Shown here one piece after another: positions 17,165 to 21,724 of a DNA stretch of 21,724 nucleotides. The translations under genes and the position numbers were made by a program. The notes beneath the pieces were generated by a model. That model saw only the letters and a list, made by a program, of their open reading frames with translations. It was not told the DNA's origin and searched no databases. The stretch's first letter is position 1. Every line of letters begins with the position of its first letter. This DNA comes from a virus: UHGV virus genome UHGV-0132790; one strand, given 5' to 3'.

Positions 17165-17778
17165 TGCGGCTAACCCCAGTATTCGGCATGGTTAACTTTA
17201 TTAATGATGCTCATTTCCGCCGCATATGGAGGCATCCGAAGAAAATCATTAACTCTCGTCAGAAAGCATGGGTTCACTACATGCTACAGGTATGGGGAAA
17301 TGTTAACGCTGGTGATGATTCTCCTTGTGGTGCAATTAACGTTATTGGGCGACTGATGATTCGCAGTCAGTGGAGCGATGACAAAGCTAAGCAGATTGAG
17401 TCTGTTGTCATGCGTCTGTATGAAGAAGACGGACTACGTGGAGATGAACTCCATCAGAAAGCCCGAGAACTGGTCATCCCTCAGTCATCGGCAGGTAATA
17501 TCATTGCTCTCGCCAAAGAATCCGATGATGCTGCTTTCGTTGAACGTGTGATGGTTGAGACCTTTCATCGTGAAAGCCCTGTCCGTGATGTAGCTATTAG
17601 GCGATATTGCAATCGCGACAGCACGCAAGATATCGCCAGGATGATTTCTCAGATAACAGGAGTTGATATTCAGTATTGCCGGAGGCGGGTCGTGTGGTGC
17701 GAGAGGGTCCTTGATTCAGAAATGTTTTATGCAATGAAGCGAGAATTGGAGAAAGAACTTCTAGTGATTGCTGGATGA
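17164..17778 (+). CDS. Putative late antiterminator (Q-like), assigned by position only
   Basis: 204-aa ORF, last gene of the nin cluster, followed by a promoter/terminator unit. The order ninB-ninE-ybcO-rusA-small ORF-Q mirrors DLP12 (ybcN-ninE-ybcO-rusA-ylcG-quuD). Contains CRRRVVWC. Not lambda-Q-like in sequence. Confidence 0.45.
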   Translation: MRLTPVFGMVNFINDAHFRRIWRHPKKIINSRQKAWVHYMLQVWGNVNAGDDSPCGAINVIGRLMIRSQWSDDKAKQIESVVMRLYEEDGLRGDELHQKARELVIPQSSAGNIIALAKESDDAAFVERVMVETFHRESPVRDVAIRRYCNRDSTQDIARMISQITGVDIQYCRRRVVWCERVLDSEMFYAMKRELEKELLVIAG

Positions 17779-17802
17779 TGCAAAATATTTTTTGTAAATG
17801 CG

Positions 17803-17970
17803 TTGCTTTCGAGAAATGAAAGTAGTATGTTTTGTGTATGCTCGGAGCAAAAGCGCACTGAGAAGCGAAAGAGAAATCCTGATTTACCTCGGTCGTCGAT
17901 AATATTTAGGATCGGCATACTGGCTAGATTAGGTAAAGGCCTCGGCAGAAATGTCGGGGCTTTTTGTTTG
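17803..17970 (+). promoter_or_regulatory. Candidate pR'/tR'-like unit: promoter plus intrinsic terminator, giving a short leader RNA of about 130 nt
   Basis: TTGCTT (17803-17808), 17-nt spacer, TATGTT (17826-17831). Terminator stem GCCTCGGCA-GAAA-TGTCGGGGC (17939-17960) followed by TTTTTGTTTG. Confidence 0.4.
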
Positions 17971-18042
17971 CACAACAGGTAAGAGCATTGAACCCGCAGA
18001 CCTCGTGGAATTGGTGAAAGGTGTGCGCAGTGCTCTTATCGT

Positions 18043-18169
18043 TGTGGTGAAGCTCAATGGCGAGCTAGCAGACAGGCGACTGTGAAAATACTAGTCATGT
18101 AGCGGATCGCCGCGCGTATTGTAATCGGCAGCGCACCGATGGGAGCTGGTTCGATTCCGGCCGCCACAA
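18043..18169 (+). other. tRNA-like remnant (T-arm and acceptor-like pairing, no canonical cloverleaf found)
   Basis: GCTGG-TTCGATT-CCGGC T-arm motif at 18145-18161. CGCCACA (18162-18168) can pair with TGTGGTG (18043-18049), but the 126-nt span is too long and I could not fold a D arm or anticodon arm. No encoded CCA. Confidence 0.25.
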
Positions 18170-18311
18170 TCCAAACTGAGCCGTAGCCTCTGGGTGTCCT
18201 GAATTCATCAGTGATAGTTACGCTGCGGCCTTCTACATACGATTTTTGTGAAAAGCGGGTGGCAAGAGGCTGCGAAATTTTTAAATACCTCACAATTCCA
18301 CAGCTTGATGA

Positions 18312-18510
18312 TTGTCTGGCTGCCGGAGAATTTGTTAAAAATTACATCGCGTGGTGAATCCCCCTCAGCGGCGGGGCATCTGGCAAAGTGTATGATCCAG
18401 CGAACATGCAAATTCAGTAGCCAGGCTGAATTTACCGGGAGGCACCTGGCACCATGCGACAGACAGAAATTAGGCTATACTTCAGCCCCTCTCCGGAGGG
18501 GCTTTTCTGT
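18312..18510 (+). ncRNA. Candidate small RNA or late-leader unit A (promoter to terminator)
   Basis: TTGTCT (18312-18317), 17 nt, TGtTAAAAA extended -10 (18333-18341). Perfect terminator AGCCCCTC-TCCG-GAGGGGCT (18484-18503) followed by TTTCTGT. No convincing ORF. Confidence 0.4.
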
Positions 18511-18687
18511 GCAGGATGTGTCACAGTTTCCTGAATTCTGAGTACTGTCCTGTTACTCAGGGTGCTATATTTTCTGACGTGATGAAAGTCTGCCGGAAGG
18601 CGGAACGTATCGGAAATGACCCAGTAGAGAAAACGTTGACTCAGATACCGATGCTGAGTTACCGGGAAACCGGCATCACATGACCGC

Positions 18688-18720
18688 TATCCTTCCAGGC
18701 TCGCTCCGGCGGGCCTTTTT
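18688..18720 (+). terminator. Possible intrinsic terminator (imperfect stem)
   Basis: AGGCTCGCTCCGGCGGGCC followed by TTTTT. Confidence 0.3.
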
Positions 18721-18780
18721 ACTGCAGAAAACAGTTTTCCCGTAAAATGCCACGTTACTCACAATTCAGGCTGGCGATTA

Positions 18781-18993
18781 TTGTCTGGCCAGCGGGAAGT
18801 TTGTTAAAAAAATATGGCATGGTGAATCCCCTGTGCGGAGGGGCATATCAGCGACAGGTGTTTGGTCACACCCCTTATCCTTTCTGGTGCGGGTTCAGGT
18901 GCTGATACTGAACTCACCGGGAGGCACCCGGCACCATGCATGAACGGTACATAGCGCTACTCTCCAGCCCCTCTCCGGAGGGGCTTTCTTGTT
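18781..18993 (+). ncRNA. Candidate small RNA or late-leader unit B (diverged paralogue of unit A)
   Basis: Same architecture as unit A: TTGTCT (18781-18786), TGtTAAAAA (18802-18810), identical terminator hairpin AGCCCCTCTCCGGAGGGGCT (18966-18985) followed by TTCTTGTT. Shared internal blocks GGTGAATCCCC and CACCGGGAGGCACC.GGCACCATGC. Confidence 0.4.
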
Positions 18994-19227
18994 GGATAAA
19001 AAAAAGCCCGCGCCGGGAAGCGCGGGTGGCAAGGAATAAACAACAAAACGTGAAGTGATCAATTTTCAGCTGGCGAATAATACCCGACAGTAATCACTCT
19101 GTGCAACTGTATGGTCTTTTTCGTATTGCGGGCTGTAGTCATCCTCCTGTTTCTGAACCCTTGTCCATGACTGACGTCAGCCCGCACCTTATCTTGATTG
19201 CATACACTATCCCTGCCGGGAGGAATA

Positions 19228-21201
19228 ATGGCATTTAAACACTATGACGTGGTCAGGGCATCATCGCCGTCAGACCTCGCAGGAAAACTGGCGCAAAAAC
19301 TGAAGGAAGGCTGGCAACCCTATGGTAGTCCGATTATCTCAAGCGCGGGTTATGGTGCTGAATTTATCCAGGCTATAGTCGCTGAAGGGGATATGACCTC
19401 TCCGGTAGTTTCACCGGGGGGAGATGGTACCCGGACTGTTGTTGTTGAACCAGAATATTACTTTGTCATTGCGCTGGCCGGACAGTCAAACGGCATGGCG
19501 TATGGTGAAGGCCTGCCGCTGCCGGAGACATATGACCGTCCGGACCCGCGTATTAAACAGCTGGCGCGTCGCAGTACGGTGACACCGGGTGGTGCGGCCT
19601 GTGCATATAACGACATCATTCCGGCGGACCACTGCCTGCATGATGTGCAGGATTTGAGCCGTTTTTCTCATCCGAAAGCCAGCGCAGAGCAGTATGGGTG
19701 TGTCGGACAGGGATTGCATATTGCCAAAAAGCTGTTGCCCTTTATGCCGGAAAATGCGGGTATTTTGTTAGTGCCGTGCTGTCGTGGTGGCTCTGCGTTT
19801 ACAGCCGGTGCTGACGGAACGTTCAGTGAAAGTTCAGGAGCGTCGGATAAATCTGAACGATGGGGCGTTGATAAGCCGTTGTATAAAGACCTGCTGACAC
19901 GCACTCAGGCCGCGCTGAAGGCAAACCCCAAAAACATACTGCTTTGTGTTGTCTGGATGCAGGGCGAGTTTGATTTAAAACAGGGAGCGTACGCCAGTCA
20001 GCCCGCCATGTTTGATGCCATGGTGGAAAAATACCGTTCTGACCTGGCGGGAGTATCCGGTCAGTGCGCTGGTGCTTCTCCTTCTCTGGTGCCCTGGATT
20101 TGTGGTGACACGACGTACTACTGGAAGGAGACGTATTCAGCGCAATACGATGCCGTCTATGGCGCATACAAAACCAAAGCCGGTAAAAATATCTTCTTTG
20201 TGCCGTTTATGATGGATGACAATGGTCAGAAAGTCGGGACCAATGAACCGTCAGAAGACCCGGATATTCCGGCTATCGGGTATTATGGTTCCGGTGGACG
20301 AACGGATGCGAAGAGCTGGACAACATCCGATCGTAAAACCCACTTTGGTTCATGGGCGCGTCGCGGAATTATTTCCGACCGTCTGGCAACAGCCATTCTT
20401 CTGCATGTGGGCAGAGTGGCAGATTTTGTTTCCGGGAAAGTGACAAAAGCCGCGGTTTCTTCAGGCGGAGGCGTATCGCAACCAGTACAGGAGAGTGGCG
20501 ATACTCAGCCTGAAGCCGTTGTCCCGACAAAGATACAGTCAGTGCTGGCTTATGATGTGAATGCGGAAAATGCCGCTCTGGCTTCGCAGGGCTGGACGCT
20601 GACAGATGTCAAAAACACGCTGGTCAGTGACAGTGGTTCAGGTAAAAAAGCCCTTCGTCTTGAAAAACCAGAAAATGGTCTTGCACAGAAAAAGACCTGG
20701 AAAGTATCGCACGCAATTGATGCCGGTAAGGGGAAGGAGCTGTTCGATAACGGCGGTGAAATCACGCTGCGCTTTAAAATCCCCGATGATGTATCTCTCA
20801 ATGCTTCTGCAAATCAATATTCTGCGGGTATTTACTGGCGCGGTAGTGGATGGCCGGGAGCGGAATCAGAGGAGGGTTATATTGCGGCCTTCTATCTGCA
20901 GACTGATAAAACAAACATCAATGTGATGTATCATGCAAACACCACATCACAGCGGCTTGGTAGTTATGGTCCGTTCGATCACGACTGGCACACGCTGACT
21001 TTCCGCTTCCCGGGTGGTGGCTCGCTGAACGTCACGCCGGTGCTTGATAATGCAGCAGGAAAACCGTTTACGCTGACCAGATGGACGAATGCAGCCTTTG
21101 AGGCCAACGCGCTGGCAATTACGGATATTACCGGAAATGCGGCAACTTACCCTGTGCTGATTGAAAGTCTTACTGTTGGTGTGAATGCCGTAGCAGCATA
21201 A
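19228..21201 (+). CDS. nanS-p: NanS-p-like sialate O-acetylesterase (SGNH/SASA hydrolase domain plus C-terminal domain), as found downstream of stx in Stx phages
   Basis: 658-aa protein from the ATG at 19228 (MAFKHYDVV...) with GGGAGG upstream. The GQSN SGNH-hydrolase motif in FVIALAGQSNGMAYGEG and the overall size and architecture fit the prophage NanS-p family. Confidence 0.8.
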   Translation: MAFKHYDVVRASSPSDLAGKLAQKLKEGWQPYGSPIISSAGYGAEFIQAIVAEGDMTSPVVSPGGDGTRTVVVEPEYYFVIALAGQSNGMAYGEGLPLPETYDRPDPRIKQLARRSTVTPGGAACAYNDIIPADHCLHDVQDLSRFSHPKASAEQYGCVGQGLHIAKKLLPFMPENAGILLVPCCRGGSAFTAGADGTFSESSGASDKSERWGVDKPLYKDLLTRTQAALKANPKNILLCVVWMQGEFDLKQGAYASQPAMFDAMVEKYRSDLAGVSGQCAGASPSLVPWICGDTTYYWKETYSAQYDAVYGAYKTKAGKNIFFVPFMMDDNGQKVGTNEPSEDPDIPAIGYYGSGGRTDAKSWTTSDRKTHFGSWARRGIISDRLATAILLHVGRVADFVSGKVTKAAVSSGGGVSQPVQESGDTQPEAVVPTKIQSVLAYDVNAENAALASQGWTLTDVKNTLVSDSGSGKKALRLEKPENGLAQKKTWKVSHAIDAGKGKELFDNGGEITLRFKIPDDVSLNASANQYSAGIYWRGSGWPGAESEEGYIAAFYLQTDKTNINVMYHANTTSQRLGSYGPFDHDWHTLTFRFPGGGSLNVTPVLDNAAGKPFTLTRWTNAAFEANALAITDITGNAATYPVLIESLTVGVNAVAA

Positions 21202-21342
21202 CAGACGAAAAAAAACCGCCAGCAACAGGAATGGAGACTGGCGGAGGTAATCCCAATGGAGAATCTAACGAAAGGATGCTTTCGACATCAATCATTTCTA
21301 AATGAAAACAATTCTCATTGTCAACAGTAACGGTAATAAACC

Positions 21343-21537
21343 ATGACATTCATCAACCAGTTAATGCTGTACTTCTGTACGGTGGTCTGTGTGTTGTATC
21401 TGCTTTCAGGTGGATACAGGGCAGTACGCGACTTCTGGCGCAGACAGATTGACAAAAGGGCCGCTGAGAAAATCAGCGCCACTCAGTCAGCCGGAGCAAA
21501 AACAGAAGTCCCACTCATTCCGGAACAACCTTCTTAA
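21343..21537 (+). CDS. Small hypothetical protein (64 aa) with hydrophobic N-terminal segment
   Basis: ORF with a predicted TM-like stretch LMLYFCTVVCVLYLLSGG. Weak SD. Confidence 0.3.
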   Translation: MTFINQLMLYFCTVVCVLYLLSGGYRAVRDFWRRQIDKRAAEKISATQSAGAKTEVPLIPEQPS

Positions 21538-21562
21538 TAACCCCTTTCAACGAGAAAATCTC

Positions 21563-21724
21563 ATGACAGATATAAAACAACTGGTCACTGCTGAGGCAGT
21601 GAAGGAAGTCATTCGCTCTGAAGAAGTCAGAAGCGTCCTGAAACAAAAACTCCGCCAGAATCTGGAAGAGCGTCTTGATGCAGAAGTGGATTCAATTCTG
21701 GATGAATTGCTTGGTGCACAGCCG
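21563..21724 (+). CDS. Hypothetical protein, 5' part only (runs off the right edge)
   Basis: ATG at 21563 with GAGAAAA upstream. Open frame MTDIKQLVTAEAVKEVIRSEEVRSVLKQKLRQNLEERLDAEVDSILDELLGAQP continues to the window end. Confidence 0.35.
   Translation, partial: MTDIKQLVTAEAVKEVIRSEEVRSVLKQKLRQNLEERLDAEVDSILDELLGAQP

Noticed and set aside
17164-17778. Confident assignment of the 204-aa protein as antiterminator Q of a named family
   Set aside because: No sequence similarity to lambda Q that I can recognise. The call rests on synteny and the downstream promoter/terminator unit only, so it is kept as a low-confidence putative Q.
18043-18169. Calling a bona fide tRNA gene here
   Set aside because: Only the T-arm and an acceptor-like pairing are convincing; the span is too long and no cloverleaf could be folded by eye. 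Reported as a tRNA-like remnant and a finding rather than as a tRNA feature.
18054-18541. Minus- and plus-strand ORFs (67-97 aa) in the Q to nanS-p intergenic region
   Set aside because: They cover a tRNA-like motif (the GIEPAPIG-type translation is typical of a T-arm read in reverse) and the promoter/terminator repeat units. Interpreted as non-coding.

Overview
The window is the central part of a mosaic lambdoid (lambda-like) prophage, most likely from E. coli, read right-to-left for the early-left operon and left-to-right for the early-right and late operons. All identifications are from my own reading of the six-frame translations and motifs; no database search was run. Layout: exo (5' end only) - bet - gam - a 690-aa acidic protein - several small unknown genes - an N-type antiterminator - pL/oL - a two-gene cargo cassette sitting where lambda carries rexA/rexB - cI - oR/pR/pRM - cro - cII-like - origin-like repeats - replication initiator - DnaC-like loader - a nin-like region (ORF6N protein, ninB, ninE, ybcO-like, rusA, ninH) interrupted by a minus-strand island (zinc-ribbon protein plus a HigB/HigA-type toxin-antitoxin pair) - a putative Q - a 1.4-kb non-coding late-leader region with three promoter/terminator units and a tRNA-like remnant - a NanS-p-type esterase. 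The cI, cro, oL and oR sequences are lambda-type, but N, cII, the replication genes and the late region are not. The best candidates for an undescribed system are the two-gene cassette in the rexAB slot (6660-7966) and the minus-strand island in the nin region (12827-14376). No stx genes are present although the backbone resembles Stx-converting phages.
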